This document shows, piece by piece, positions 14,881-30,371 of a stretch of 64,000 nucleotides of DNA. Within the stretch, counting starts at the first letter, position 1; the number at the start of each line of letters is the position of its first letter. The position numbers and the translations under genes are program-made. The notes beneath the pieces are model-generated. The model saw only the letters and a program-made list of their open reading frames with translations. It searched no databases and had not been told where the DNA came from. The DNA lies in the NCBI RefSeq assembly GCF_009914755.1, contig NC_060935.1; one strand, given 5' to 3'. This DNA is from the human T2T-CHM13v2.0 reference genome, Homo sapiens.

Positions 14881-17129
14881 GGCACACTGTCTTTTGAGTG
14901 AGAGATTTTGCTTTGAGACTTTTGCTCCATTCGTGTTGTTCTGCTTTGCCAGATTAAAGCTACCATGGGGCACACTCACTCTCTCTATATCCCTTCCTTA
15001 AGTTGTCTCAAACAGTGTGACATTCACCTGAGAGATGGGACAGGAGATTCCCACCTTAATCCTGGCCTGCCATGAGTGGGGTCCAGTCACTGGTAGAGTC
15101 ACTTTTGCTCTCTGGGCCTCATCAGATTTTCAATCTGGTCACCAAGAGTCATGGCACCGGTGAGGAGAAATGTTTAGACTGTGACCTACTGATTAATGAA
15201 GCTGACGATCACACAGCCACCAGAAGCTTCTCACTCTTCAATTGAAGCAGGTAAAGACAGAGTCACTGTACTGTTCAGATACTTGGAAGGACACTGGAGG
15301 AAGTAACTTTCAGCATTTGTGTCAGGACATGAGGCCAGCAGCAGGAAAAGACACCACACTGGAAGGGAAGACACTGGGACCAGGATTGTTGGTAAGTAAC
15401 GGGGAGGAAGACGGTGGGAACCAAGCACGGAAGGAGTATATGGAACTTACTGGATTATTTTTCCTAATAAAGTTTCTATTAAAAAATAGTTTTAAGCTTG
15501 AACAGCTAGCATACCTGGTAGCATATTTTTCTGGCTTCTGGGTGGGGACTAGAGTGAAGAAGAATTATCAACAATTAACAAGGCTCCCAAAAGCCATCTG
15601 TGCCCTTTGTCTTGTGAACAGCTCTTAACACAGAAATTACATGCTCAGCAAATTACAACCAACCAGGTAGGACAGCAATAAGCCTCTGAAAAGCTCCTTT
15701 GTACTGGGGAAAGAGGATTATTCCTCAATTATATTTAGTCAAACTCCTCCACTATACTTCCTGTCCTTCCTCAATGTCCCAGTGGGTGCTTGAACAAATA
15801 AGCCGAATCTGATAATAGTAGTGTTCCTTTACTACACTAGTGGAAAAAATTGATTTTTAAAAAAGCTCAAATGTAACTTCTTACTCAGCATACACAATTT
15901 AAAAAGAATTTCAAACAAAGGACTACGTGTACAGAAAGTATTGTGTTACAAAGAGGGTCCACTCTGAACTCCCAAAGCACACACATCTCAGGGTGCTCTG
16001 GGCCTGTTTTCTCATGTGCAAAATGAGATGGTTGTCCCAGAAAAATCTCATCCTTATGGTTCTTTCCAGGTCTGACATTCTGTAGGGATAGTAATACATT
16101 AAAGTTTATTTATCTCAAAAGGCCTGTAGGTAATAAACTTTCACTAAATACCAAAAATAATACAGAATGAAACTTTAATAGTTATCTAATCTCAGATACC
16201 TTGGGAGAATATAAATTAGGAACAGGCATAGAAAATTGGAACAAAGACATAACAGCCTTGATATTAATTGTCTTGCTTATCTGTATAAAGCAGGGCTGAG
16301 GAACATATTTTGTTTGTTTTAGTTCATCAATTTCTTTTGTTCAGAGTAAGTATATGTTCAACAGAATAGAAGTGAATGCCGTTTTATTTTCTACTAATAA
16401 CATCCAAGGATGTGACTTCATGATTGCTTTTTTGTTTTTGTTGTTTTTTGCCATTTAGAATGACTGGAACAAAAGGAAAATAACCAATTGAGAATGACTA
16501 ATAGCATAAAAAGCAATGCTGAGATTTTGTTCTAGCTGATTCAAAATCTGAAGATTTGGAGATTTATGCTTGCCTGAAAAATGCTGCAGTGAAACACTAA
16601 GAGCCCAGAACACTTAGGATGACAAACTGTGAAATCACTCAAAGAAGGACTCATCAGCAGGTGCTAGGACCGAGATGGATAAAAAGAAAGATGCATAGGC
16701 CAAGTCCTATTATTCACACCTTCTAGAGTTTATGGTTTACTAATGAAAGCTTCTTGCATTAACCCTGGCCTGCAAAAACCCAGGACTGGAATGAAATGGC
16801 TATTTTTCAAGGCCATGCAATATAATTGATTGAAAGCAGACATACTGAGATTAAAATCAATAGCACAGTAAAGAGCACATCGCAGTACCCTTTACATATT
16901 GCTACATAGTTCCTGCTCAATAAATAATACCAGAATAGCAGCAGCAGCAGCAGCACTAGTGGTAAAAGCAGTCATATTAGAAGTGGTGACCGTAGCAGTA
17001 GCTATTATTGTTATGGTATTAAGTGGGAGATAGAAGACAAGTGCACTACTAGGGACAATCTCCTCTTCCCCTCTTGCTCTCCAGTATCAAATAGTCAAGA
17101 ATAATGGGAACTTTAGTAGGAGAAATAAA

Positions 17130-17555
17130 GGGATTTATAATCTGTATGCCAGGTCTTAATGCAGTTACTTATATATACTGTCTTATTTCTATACTCCATA
17201 TGGTAGGTAGTTTCAACTGCATGTTACGGATGAGGAAACAGGGTCAGGGAGTTGAAAAAATTTCTGCAAATTCACACAGTTGCTAAGTGGAGCAAGTTAG
17301 GATGCAAAGCCTGATATGCCTGGTCTCAACCCATCATAGTGTCCCTTATCTGTATATCCTAAAATTTCAAGGACAGAATGACCCCGGTCTGTTACTTGTT
17401 TTACAATACAACAAGGCTATTTGGTAGGTATTATTATCCTAACTTAAGAGACCAGAAAAATGAAGTTCTGACTGGCAAAATGACTTTCTCAAAGTCACAC
17501 AGTTCAGAAGTGGCAGAGTTGAGATTAGAAGACAGATCTATCCTCCATGATTGTT
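17130..17555 (-). mobile_element. Two MIR fragments
   Basis: ttacggatgaggaaacagggtcag; tctcaaagtcacacagttcagaagtggcagag. Confidence 0.65.
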
Positions 17556-18334
17556 ACAACAGCCACAATCTGGATGTAACAAGTCATATTAATGGTGGTG
17601 GTCATTGCTAATTTCTCCCATCACCCATACCTACCCTGCTGGCAAGGCCTGGTTTGTACCCTGACAACCATGTGTTTTGGGGAGGATCCTTCCTCAATCC
17701 TTTTTACTGATGGGCCTTATTACCTGCATATTGATTGGCTTAAGAATGGGTGGGGACAAATTTGAGCCTCTCTTGATGTGCAATAAGGCCAGGTGGCAGA
17801 GACCAGGGCAACAAGAGGTACAACCCTCAGGGCACTACTGGAAATGTTATTAGAAATAGTACTGAGCAGTGAAGGACGGCAGGGCTTCTGTGGGAAACAA
17901 GACAGATATGGATGTGGCAACCTCTGGAAAGTTGTGGAGACACAACATCCAGGAATTTCTGAAAGTGAAATTGACAATCAAAGCAAATTAGTAACCAATA
18001 ATAGATCGACCTTAAAATCAAAGTACCAAACACACCCAGTTGCCTGTATTTTTTTTTTTTACAAATTTTTTCAGTTATAAAATCTCTCTACAATGTTGAG
18101 TCTTGGTGATAATTTAATTGCCATTATTTTTCTTAAGAAGTACGTGGCTGGCTAGATCATGGGCTAGTACTCATCTATCTACTCATCTATCTAACCAGCT
18201 ATACAGTGAGAGAAATGAGAAGCTTTAGCTTTTCTCTTCTATGGTTCTCAAACGTGCTGAGTAAACTAAGTGAGCAGTCTTACAGGTGGAGACTTAGTTC
18301 CTCAGATACTCTTTTTATTTTTAGTTCATTAGGT

Positions 18335-18520
18335 AATGTAGTGTGGAGTCAGATTGTTTACTTTTAGTCTCAGATCCACTGACTACTCATTGTAACCTTG
18401 GGCAAGTTTTCTGAATCTGTCTTGGTCACTACAATATGGTTTGCTATAAGGATTGAATGAGATCATCATGAAGGTAAAGCACCTATCACATAATAAGTGA
18501 TCGATAGGTATCAGCTACTA
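18335..18520 (+). mobile_element. MIR
   Basis: tgtaaccttgggcaagtt ... aggattgaatgagat ... taaagcacct. Confidence 0.65.
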
Positions 18521-19599
18521 TTTTGATCATTGCCTTACAGGGGTTCAGGATATGGAAATGTGTTAATCATACTCTTGTGGTGATTTAGATGCTTGTTAGA
18601 TCTACTAAGGGGGATAAGACTCCAGGAGAGGAAAGTGAGTTACGAAAACATTACAAATCAAAGCTAATATTTGACTCTGCCAGTAAAGACAGCACCCAGT
18701 CATCCTAAAAGCTCCCTATCAGCTGTTGCGTGTTCCTAAGCTCCTGGCTCGGTTAAAAAAATGTCTTGAGTCTTAGAGAAGAAAAATGTTTCCAGTTGGG
18801 CTTTGGAGCCTTTGCATGAGGACAGTCTGAAGGCTTTTCCTTTCTCCTCCAGCCTCTGTTCCAAGTAAAATGTTAAGACTTTAACACTGGCCACTTGGGA
18901 GGTCTGGGCTTGTGCATCAGAGATAGAGATCCTTGTACTTTCAGCCATCCTTCCACCATATCCACCACCTCCCAATGGGGTAGCCCTTGTCTTCAGCTAA
19001 TATTTCGGCAATGTGCAATCTCCATATAGAAAAAAGCAGCAGGGAAAAAAAGCAGCTTTGATTTCTGCACCTGAGCTGTCCACTGAATGCCAGCTTCCTT
19101 TGCCTACTTGGTAGCTAACAGAATTCTGGCAACAACAATAGCTAGCTTGTTTTGCAGCAATCCAAACTTTTATTGTCTAAACAGGCAGAGTATGGTAGAA
19201 AGTATGCTACATAGAGGACTTCAAAGACAAGCGCTCCAGGCTGTCCACCCTTGCAATGATTACTTTAACATCCTGAACCTCAGTTGTCTCACCTGGTAAC
19301 AGTAGAATGAGACAACCTATTTCAACAGGTTATAATGAGGACTTATATTCTCAATAATGTAAGTCAGAATATCTGCCTAAAGAATCTACTCAGATGCCTG
19401 TGGAATCTAATGAAAATGATTGAAGACTTGAAATAAAGATAATTTTTGCTTGTGGTGAAAGGAAACATCTTCTGATTAACTTCTTCCTGGGGGAACACAG
19501 GCCGGGGCACAGATGTTCTCTCCCAGCTAAAGATCCATCTTGCTTCCTAACAGACCTTGATAAGTCCATGGTCACTTTCACCTCCACCTTCCTGAGATG

Positions 19600-19615
19600 C
19601 CACAAGGGGGAGCAC
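19600..19615 (+). promoter_or_regulatory. Candidate CTCF motif
   Basis: ccacaagggggagc versus core CCACCAGGGGGCGC, 2 mismatches in 14; motif match only. Confidence 0.35.
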
Positions 19616-20791
19616 TAATACTTATAGATGACCTATCAATGTGCACTTTAGTCCATTTTTGCCCCATCAGCTATTTCCTGGTGTAAAAATGTTTTCTTCC
19701 TTAAAAGCAGGTAGATTCAAGCAGAATAAAGAGAAACTTAAACTCAGCAAAGAAAACACCATAGTTTTGGCCTAGTTCTGACACTGACTTGCTTAAGTCC
19801 CCTAACCCCTTTGAGGACTCACTTTTCTTTATTTGCAAAATTTATTCAAAACTTGCTGGGCACGAATCTGGGTAATAATGATTCAGAAATGAAGAGATTT
19901 AATCCTGCCTTCAAAGAACCCACAGCAGGATGGATTAAGCAGACTTGCAAACCAACAGTTACAAAGCAAAATGATAAATGTTAATAGGGAAAGATCAGAC
20001 ACTTGGAAGAAGGTGCCCCTAGGGTTTCTTAAGAGTCATAAAAAGCTTCACAGACAAGGCAAAGCTTAACTTCGAATTTGAAGGAGGAGCAGCAGCTTGG
20101 TAGGTGAGAAAATGAAGATAAGCACTGCAAGCAGAGAGGATGAAATACACAACCATGGACATGAGAGAGGAAAGGTCAGTTTACTCAGAATACATTTAGG
20201 GGTAGGATCAGAATTCTTATCCATTGGTCTGTGAATACTTCATGTATGATATTGTACCTATGTGCATAAATGTACTTTTCAGTGGAGAAAATCCATTTAG
20301 TGATCTCATCATATTCTCAAATTAGTTGGTAATAAAGGATATATAATATATAGACACATACACACACACACACAAACGCAAAGAGAGAGAGAGAGAGGAG
20401 TTATATAATTTCTAAGGTCGTATAATCCACTTCTTCATTATATTTATTCACAATTTTAAAAATGTGCATATAAAGCTACTATTCATGGGTCTCAAGGACA
20501 TCTGTCTCTAGTTCTTTTCTTATTATGTTATGATTCATATTTTGCTGATTAACTATTACGTACCCTAGTCTTACACTGGCTTCTTTATAACTCCCTTGAA
20601 ATCTGCATTTGTTTTAAGACCCCTGCTTTCAACAGCCTTGGACAATTTCAGCTCTGTCTCTATATGTTACCCAGATCTTTTGTTAAATTGTATTTTATAT
20701 ATATATATAATATATATTATATATATATATAATATATATTTTATAAAGAGGAAGGTCACCGCAATTCCCTGTGATTTCCTCTTTTTCAGAC

Positions 20792-21147
20792 TGATATGGT
20801 TTGGCTATGTCCCCATCCAAATCTCATCTTGAATCATAGCCCTGGTAATTCCCACTTGTGGGAGGGACCTGGTAGGAGGTAATTGAAACATGGGGACATG
20901 TCTTTCCCATGCTATTCTTGTCACAGTGAATAAGTCTCATGAGATCTGATGGTTTTGTAAAGGGGAGTTTCCCTGCACAAGCTCTCTTCTCTTGTCTGCC
21001 GCCGTATGAGACATGCCTTTCACCTTCCTCCACGATTGTGTGGCCTCCCCAGCCACAAAGAACTGTGAGTCCATTACACCTCTTTCTTTTGTAAATTGCC
21101 TAGTCTTCGGTATATCTTTACCAGCAGCGTAAAAACGGAGTAATGCA
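20792..21147 (+). mobile_element. THE1 (MaLR) solo LTR
   Basis: tgatatggtttggctatgtcccc ... taatgca; perfect 5-bp TSD cagac (20787-20791, 21148-21152). Confidence 0.92.
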
Positions 21148-21154
21148 CAGACCT

Positions 21155-23020
21155 TCACCTTCCCCTATCAACTTTTTTCTGCCAGCTAATAACCCTGCTT
21201 CTTATTTCACTGAGCCAGTCTGTACCCGTATACACTTACTGCTAGACCTGTTATTATCAAAAGTCAACTCTTAAATTTAGTACTGCAGCACGTGCTTCTC
21301 ATTTAAGGATATTTCTCTAGCATTGTCCACCCTTTTCCCACATCATCTTTTCTCTCTACTGAATTCCCCCCACTACCATTCAAACATAGTGAAATAGCTC
21401 TGATTTTAAAAGAAAATCCTCCCTTTATCCTTCCATCTCTCTTCTACAATAACCCCATTTATCTATTTTCCTTTATGGCAAAACACCTCAAAAGAGTTTT
21501 CTGTATCCATTGTCTCCATTTCTCATTTTGAACCTACTCCTGACATGTCTCTGTCCCTAGCAGAAAGCAGCGACAATAGCAAATTCTCAGTTCTCATATT
21601 AGAGCCATCCCTTGGTATCCATGGGGGATTGGTTCCAGGACCCCTGCAGCTACCAAAATCTATCATGTTCAAGTTTCTTATATAAAATTGTGTAATATTT
21701 GCATATAACCTCCATATACATACTTTAAATCATCTCTAGCTTACTTATAATATCTAATACAATGTAAATGCTAAATAGTTGTTACATCTTTAGAATTTGT
21801 ATTTTTAAATTGTTATTGTTTATTTAAATATTTCAATCAGAGATTGATTGGTTGAATCTGAAGATGAGGAACCCCCACAGATGAAGAACTGACTGCATTT
21901 CACTCAACAGCAACATTGATATACTCAATTATTCCCATTTTTAAAACAATTTTTTTTATTTTTGGAAGGACATTTCATTTTTTTCCATTTCCCTCCTACC
22001 TCACTGACCACTTCTTTTCTATTTTCTTTGATGAATTATTTTTATCTTCTAAAAAATGAAGTACTCTGCAATTCATATTTTTTTTCCTCTTCTCTTCTCT
22101 AACCACACTATACTCTTTTCCTAACTGATTTCCATAAACTGGAAATACACCTTCACTTGGATGATTAACAGGTAACTCAGTTTTTAAAATTTTTCCACCT
22201 ATACCACAAACCTGCTCCATCCCTAGTTTCTCTATCTTTGTAAATGGTACCATAATTGACCAAGTTCCACAGATCAAATATCTTAGAGTCATCTATGACT
22301 TTTTTTCTTTCATAGAAATGCACATCCAATCTGCCAGCACATCCTCTCAGCTTTCTCTGTGAAATACACCCAGAGTCCAATTCATTCTCACCATTTCTGC
22401 TACCACCACACTGCTCTAAGGCATAATGGTTGCCAGGACCCCTGCAACTTGCAATAGCCTTCTAGCTATTCTGTTTCCACCTTTTCTCCTTAATCCCAAG
22501 CAATAAATGGAATCCTTTAAAATGTAAATCATATAATATCATTCCCTGCTATCAACACTCAAAATGCCTCCCATCTAAAGTTCTTAAAATGGCTCACAAG
22601 GAAAAATACAGCCCCTATGTACTTCTCTGAACTCATATTCTATCAGCCTCCCTGTTTCTCCTACTCTTTGAATACCTCCCAGATGCACTCCTACTTCAGT
22701 CTCTTTATGTTACAGCCTTCTCTACTAAGATGATATTTAACAGAAAATTTATGACACTCATTTTCACTTCATTCAGTCTCTGCCCAAATATAACCTTCCC
22801 TATGAGTCTTGTATGACCTATCTAAAATATCACCTCAATTTTCTCTTTTTTCGGTCCTAGAATTATCCATATGATAGTACTTAATATAAATGTTTGTGGT
22901 CTATCTCCTCCAAACACACAGGTCTTTGAATCATGAACTTCTCTCTAATTCAGCACTGTAGACATACACATAGACCAGTGCCTGGTGTATGGTTCTCATT
23001 TAATGAGTATATATGAAATG
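21155..23020 (+). mobile_element. L2 3' portion (degenerate)
   Basis: Pyrimidine-rich L2 motifs (cttgcaatagccttcta, tttaaaatgtaaatcat, agtgcctgg at the 3' end). Confidence 0.7.
21601..21896. mobile_element. MER2 (TcMar-Tigger) inside L2
   Basis: cccttggtatccatgggggattggttccaggacccc ... ttggttgaatctg ... gactg. Confidence 0.8.
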
Positions 23021-24556
23021 GGTTAGAGAGAGCAGAGGTAAATGAGTCTTTGAGACAACTTGAATGTAGGCCTTACCCTCAAAGGTTCTCTAACTGAAGA
23101 TATTGACAAGTAACTTTGGCCATTTGTATCAGGGTATATAAAATGAAAAGACATAGAGGAGCTGAATAGATAAAATCAAGACCCAATGATCTCTTGTCTA
23201 CAAGAAACACACTTCACCAATAGAGACACACATAGACTGAAAATAAAGACATGGAAAAAGAGCCAATGAAAACCAAAAAAGAGCAGAAGTAGCTCTACAT
23301 ATATCAGACAAAATAGATTTCCAGACAAAAACTGTAAGAAGAGACAAAGAAGGTCATTATATAATGATAAAGGAGTCAATTCAGCAAGATGATATGATAA
23401 TTATACATTTATACGCTCCCAACACTGGAGCACCCAGATATATAAACCATTTATTATTAGAGCTAAAGAGAAATAGACTCCAATACAATAATACCTGAAG
23501 ACTTCAGCACCCCACTTTCATCACCAGACAGGTATCCCAGACAGAAACTCAACAAAGAAACATCGGACTTAATCTGCACTACAGAACAGATGGACTTAAT
23601 AGATATTTACAGAACATTTCATCCAATGGCTGCAGAACACACATTTTTCTCCTCAGCACATGGATTATTCCCTTGAACAGACCATATATTAGGTCACAAA
23701 TGTGTTAAAACATTAAAAAATTGAAATAATATAAAGCATCTTCTCTGAACACAATCGAATGAAACTAGAAATCAATAACAAGAGGACTTTTGGAAATGAT
23801 AAAAACATAAGGAAATTAAACAATATGCTCCCAAACAACCAGTGGGCCAATGAAGAAATTAAGAAGGAAATTGATAAAAATTTCTTGAAACAAATGATAA
23901 TGAAAACAGAACATATGAAAACCTAAGAGATACAACAAAAGCAGTATTAAGAGGGAAATTTATAGTGAAAAGTGCCTACATCAAAAAAGAGGAAAAATTT
24001 CAAAGAAATAACCTAATGATGCGTCTTAAAGAACTAGAAAACCAAGAGCAAACCAAACCCAAAATTAGTAGAAGGAAATAAATAATAAAGATCAGAGCAG
24101 AAATAAATGAATTTGAAAAGAAGAAAGTAATACAAAAGATCAACAAAACAAAAAGTTGGTTTATTGAAAAGATAAAATTGACAAAACTTTAGCCACACTA
24201 AGAAAGAGAGAAGACCCAAATAAGTAAAATCAGATGAAAATGGAGACATTACAACTGGTACCACAGAAACTCAAAGGATCATTAGTGGCTGCTGTCAGCA
24301 ACTATATGCCAATAAATTGAAAAGTCTAGATGAAATAGATAAATTCCTAGACACATACAGCCTACCAAGATTGAACCATGAAGAAATTAAAAACCAAACA
24401 GACCAATAATAAGTAATAAAATCTAGGCCATGATAAAAAGTCTTCCAGTAAAGGAAAGCCCAGGACCCATTGGCTTCACTGCTGAATTTTACAAAACATT
24501 TAAAGAAGAACTAATACTAATCCTACTCAAACTGTTCCTAAAAATAGAGAAAGATA

Positions 24557-24980
<424 letters not shown>

Positions 24981-25666
24981 TCAAACTCATTCTATAAAGC
25001 CAGTATTAAATGGATATCAAAACCAGATAAAGACACATCAAAAAAAGAAAACTACAGGCCAATATCTCTGATGAATGATGGTGCAAAAATCCTTAACAAA
25101 TACTAGCAAACAGAATTCAACAACACATTGGAAAGATCATTCTCCATGACAAAGTGGTATCCCAGGGATGTAAGGATGGCTCGACATGCAAATCAATCAA
25201 TGTGATAGATCATATCAACAGAATGAAGGATAAAAATCACAAGATTATTTCAACTGATGCTGAAAAAGCATTTGAACTAATTTAACATCACTTTATGATT
25301 AAAAAAAAACCCTCAAAAAAAAAAGAGTACAGAAGGAACATATCTGAATGTAATAAAAGCTGTATATGACAGACCCACAGCTAGTATTGTACTGAATGGG
25401 GAAAAACTGAAAATCTTTCCTCTTAGATCTGGACACAATAAGATGCCCACTTTCACCACTGTTATTCAATATAGTACTGGAAATTCTAGCTAGAGCAATC
25501 ACACAAGAAGAAGAAATAAACGGCATCCAAATTGGAAAGGAAGAAGCCAAACTATTCTTATTTGCAGATGACATGATTCTGTATTTGGAAAAACCTAAAG
25601 ACCCCACAAAAAAAAAAAAAAAAAAAAAAACAACTATTAGAACTGATAACCAAATTCAGTAAAGTT

Positions 25667-26192
25667 TGCTAAGGATAATGGCCTCCAGCTCCACTCATCT
25701 CCCTGCAAAGAACATGATATCATTCTTTTTTATAGCCATACAGTATTCCATGGTGTATGTGTACCACATTTTCTTTACCCAGTCTATAGTTGATGGGCAT
25801 TTAGGTTGATTCCATGTCTTTACTATTGTGAACAGTGCTGCAATGAACATATGCATGCATGTGTCTTTATAATACAATGATTTATATTTTGGGGGGAACA
25901 GAAAAACAAATACTTCATGTCCTCACTTATAAGTGGGAGTTAAGTGATGAGAACACAGGGACGCACAGAGGGGCACAACACACACTGGGCCTTTTGGAGG
26001 GTATAGAGTGAGAGGAAGGAGAGGATCAGGAAAAAGAACTAATGGGTGTTAGGCTTAATAACTGAGTGTGACAAAATACTCTGTACAACAAACCCTGATG
26101 ACATAAGCCTACCTATGTAATAAACTTGAGCTTGTACCCCTAAACATAAAAGTTAAAAAAAATGAGAGAAAAATGTTAGTTAATATTTTAAA
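25667..26192 (+). mobile_element. Short 5'-inverted L1 (L1PA13-like 3' end) nested in the L1MA
   Basis: Antisense 25667-25890, sense 25895-26162; TSD aaattcagtaaagtt (25652-25666) / aaattaagtaaagtt (26193-26207). Confidence 0.85.
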
Positions 26193-28930
26193 AAATTAAG
26201 TAAAGTTGTAAGGATACAAAAACATCATACAAAATCAGTAATATTTCTATATCCCAAAGGCAAAAATCTGAAAAGTAATAAAAAATGTTTTTCCATTTAT
26301 AATAGTAACAAATAAAATTAAATATCTAGGAATTAATGAAAGAAGTGAAAGCTCTCTACAAAAAAAAAACCTACAAAACACTGATAAAAATCTAAAAGAA
26401 TACTAAAAAAGTAAATATATTCCATGTTAATGGACTGGAAGAATCAATGTTGTTAAACTGTCCATATTACCCATAGCAATATACAGATTCAATTAATTCC
26501 CTATCAAGATACTAATGACATTCATCACAGAAATAGAAAAAAAAATACTAAAATTTCTATAGAATCACAAAAGGACCAGAATAGCCAAAACTATCCTAAG
26601 CACAAAGAACAAAACTGGAGGAATTACATTACCTGACTTCAAATTGTGCTACAGAGCTATACCAAAACAGCATGGTCCTGGCTTAAAAACAGACCCATAG
26701 ACCAAAGGAACAGAATAGAGAACCCAGAAACAAATCTAAACACCTACAGTAAACTCATTTTTGACAAAGGTGCCAAGAACATACATCAGAAAAAATACAA
26801 TCTCTTCAATAAATGATGCTGGGAAAACTGGATATCCCTATATAAAAGAATGAAACTTGATCCATATCTCTCACCTTATACAAAAATCAAATCAAAATGA
26901 ATTAAATACTGAAATCTAAGACCTCAAACTATGAAACTTCTGTGAGAAAACATTGAGGAAACTCTCCAGGACATTGATCTGGGCAAAAATTTCTTGAGCA
27001 ATACCCCACAAGCACAGGCTACTAAAGCAAACATGAACAAATGGGATCACATCAACCTAAAAAGCTTTTACATAGTGAAGGAAACACTCAAAAAAGTGAA
27101 GAGATAACCAGTAGAATGGGAGAAAATATTTACCTATTACCCATCTGACAAGGGATTAGTAATAACCAGAATATAAAGGAGCTCAAACCACTCTAATAAT
27201 TTGATAAAATAAATGGGCAAAAGATTTGAATAGACATTTCTCAAAAGAAGATATACAAATGGTAAACAGGGATATGAAAAGGTGCTCAACATCATTAATC
27301 ATCAGAGAAATGGAAATCAAAACTATAATGAACTATCACCTCACCCCAGTTAAAATGGCTTTTATTCAAAAGTCAGGCTATAGCAAATGCTGGGGAAGAT
27401 ATGGAGAAAAAGAAACTCATATACTTCTGATAAGAATGTATATTAGTACAACCACTATGAAGAACACTTTAGAGGTTCCTCATAAAACTGAAAACAGGGC
27501 TACCACGTGATCCAGCAATTCCGTTGCTGGGTATATACCCAAAAGGAAGGAAATCATTTTATCAAAGAGATATCTACATTTCCATGTTTGTGGTAGCTCT
27601 GTTCATAATGGCCAAGATTTGGAAGCACCCTAAGAGTCCATTAGCAGATGAATGAATAAAGAAAATGTGTAATGTAGTACTATTCAGCTATAAAAAAGAA
27701 TGAAATTCTGTCATTTGCAACAACATGGAAAGAACTGGATGAAATAAACCAGGCACAGAAAGACAAACATCTCATGTTCTCACTTACTTATGGGATCTAA
27801 AAATCAAAACGATTGAACTCATGGAGATACAGAATAGAAGGATGGTTGGCAGAGAATGGGAAAGGTAGTGTGGGGTGGGGTGGAGATGGAGATGATTAAT
27901 GGGCACAAAAAAAATAGTTAGAAAGAATGAATAGATCCTAGTATTTGACAGCACAACGGAGAGACTAGAGTCAATAATGACTTAATCATACATTTAGAAA
28001 TAACCAGAAGAGTATAAATGGATTGTTTATAACACAAAGTATAAATGCTTCAGGGGATGAATATCCAATTTTCCATGATGCGATTATTACATATTGTATG
28101 CCTCAACCAAAATATCGCATATATCTCATATTTACACCTACTATGTAGGTGGCTGTGTAGTATTCCATCATATATGTGATATACATATGAGATATATATT
28201 ATAATTATATTGTGTATATAACTTATGTATATAACTATATATATTATATATAGTCACATTTTTTAATCCAATCCATCATTGATGGGCACCTAGCTTGATT
28301 ACATGTCTTTGCTACTGTGAATAGTACAGCGATGAACACATGAGTGCATGTGTCTTTTTGGTAGAATGATGTAGTTTCCTTTGGGTATATACCGAGTAAC
28401 GGGATTGCTAGGTCAAATGGTAGCTCTGCTTTACGCTCTTTGAGAAATCTCTAACCTACTTTCCACAGTGGCTGAACTCATTTATATTTTCACCAACAGT
28501 GTATGTGTTCCCTTTTCTCTGCAGCCTTGCCAAATCTGTTGTTTTTTGACTTTTTAATAATAGCCATTCTGACTGGTGTGAGATGCCTCATTGTGGTATT
28601 GATTTGGATTTTTCTGATAATAAGTGATATGGAGCATTTTTTTCATATGTATGTTGGCTACTTATATGTCTTCTTTTGAAAAGTGTTCAGTCTTCTGCCC
28701 ACTTTTTAATGGGGCTGTGTGTTTTTTGCTTGTTCAATTATTTAAATTCCTTATAGAGTCTGGATATTAGACATTTGTCAGATGCATAGTTTACTAATAT
28801 TTTTTCCCATTCTGTAGGCTGTCTGTTTACTCTATTGACAGTTTATTTTGCTGTGTGGAAGCTCTTTCATTTAATTAGGTCCCATTTGTCAATTTTTTTG
28901 TTGCAGGTGATTTTGAGGACTTACTCATAA

Positions 28931-29673
<743 letters not shown>

Positions 29674-30371
29674 GTTTTCTTCTAAAATTCTTATAGGAAA
29701 AGTGTTGTTTATAGAAGAATGACAACTAGTAAATGCAGAAGTTTTCAAAAGCCATTTTACAACCACCACAGTAATAATTGATTCAGAGAAATCATTAATT
29801 GGTACTAAAATCAACAGGTGAAAGTTAATTGGAGAATAGGATATTCAGGTGGTTGTCAAAAATATATAATCTGAATCAAATCTCGAGATAACAAAGCTGG
29901 CAAATCTAAATTGTGAGACATTTTACATAATTGGCCTGGATACTCATTTTTCAGTTCAATGTTTATATATAAAAATACAATTGATTTTTGCGCAATGACC
30001 TCACATTTTTTAAATTGACACTGAGTTTGCTAAATTCATGCATTAATTCAAAAATATTTTTGATAACAATCAGACCATTAAAATAAAATAAACGAAGATT
30101 TTATAGATATTCTTTACTAGCTTGAGAAAGTTTCCTTTCTATTTCTAGTTTTCTGAGTTTTTTTTAAATTGTGGTGCATATTAACTTTTGTCAAAGTTTT
30201 TTTTTGCATCCATTAAGAAAGTATTTGAGATAACGATCTCAAAATGGCTGAATAGGAACAGCTCCAGTCTACAGCTCCCAGTGTGAGCGACGCAGAAGAC
30301 GGGTGATTTCTGCATTTCCATCTGAGGTACTGGGTTCATCTCACTAAGGAGTGCCAGACAGTGGGCGCAGG

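Noticed and set aside
16938-16955. Short (cag)n tract
   Set aside because: Only about 5 units, non-coding context
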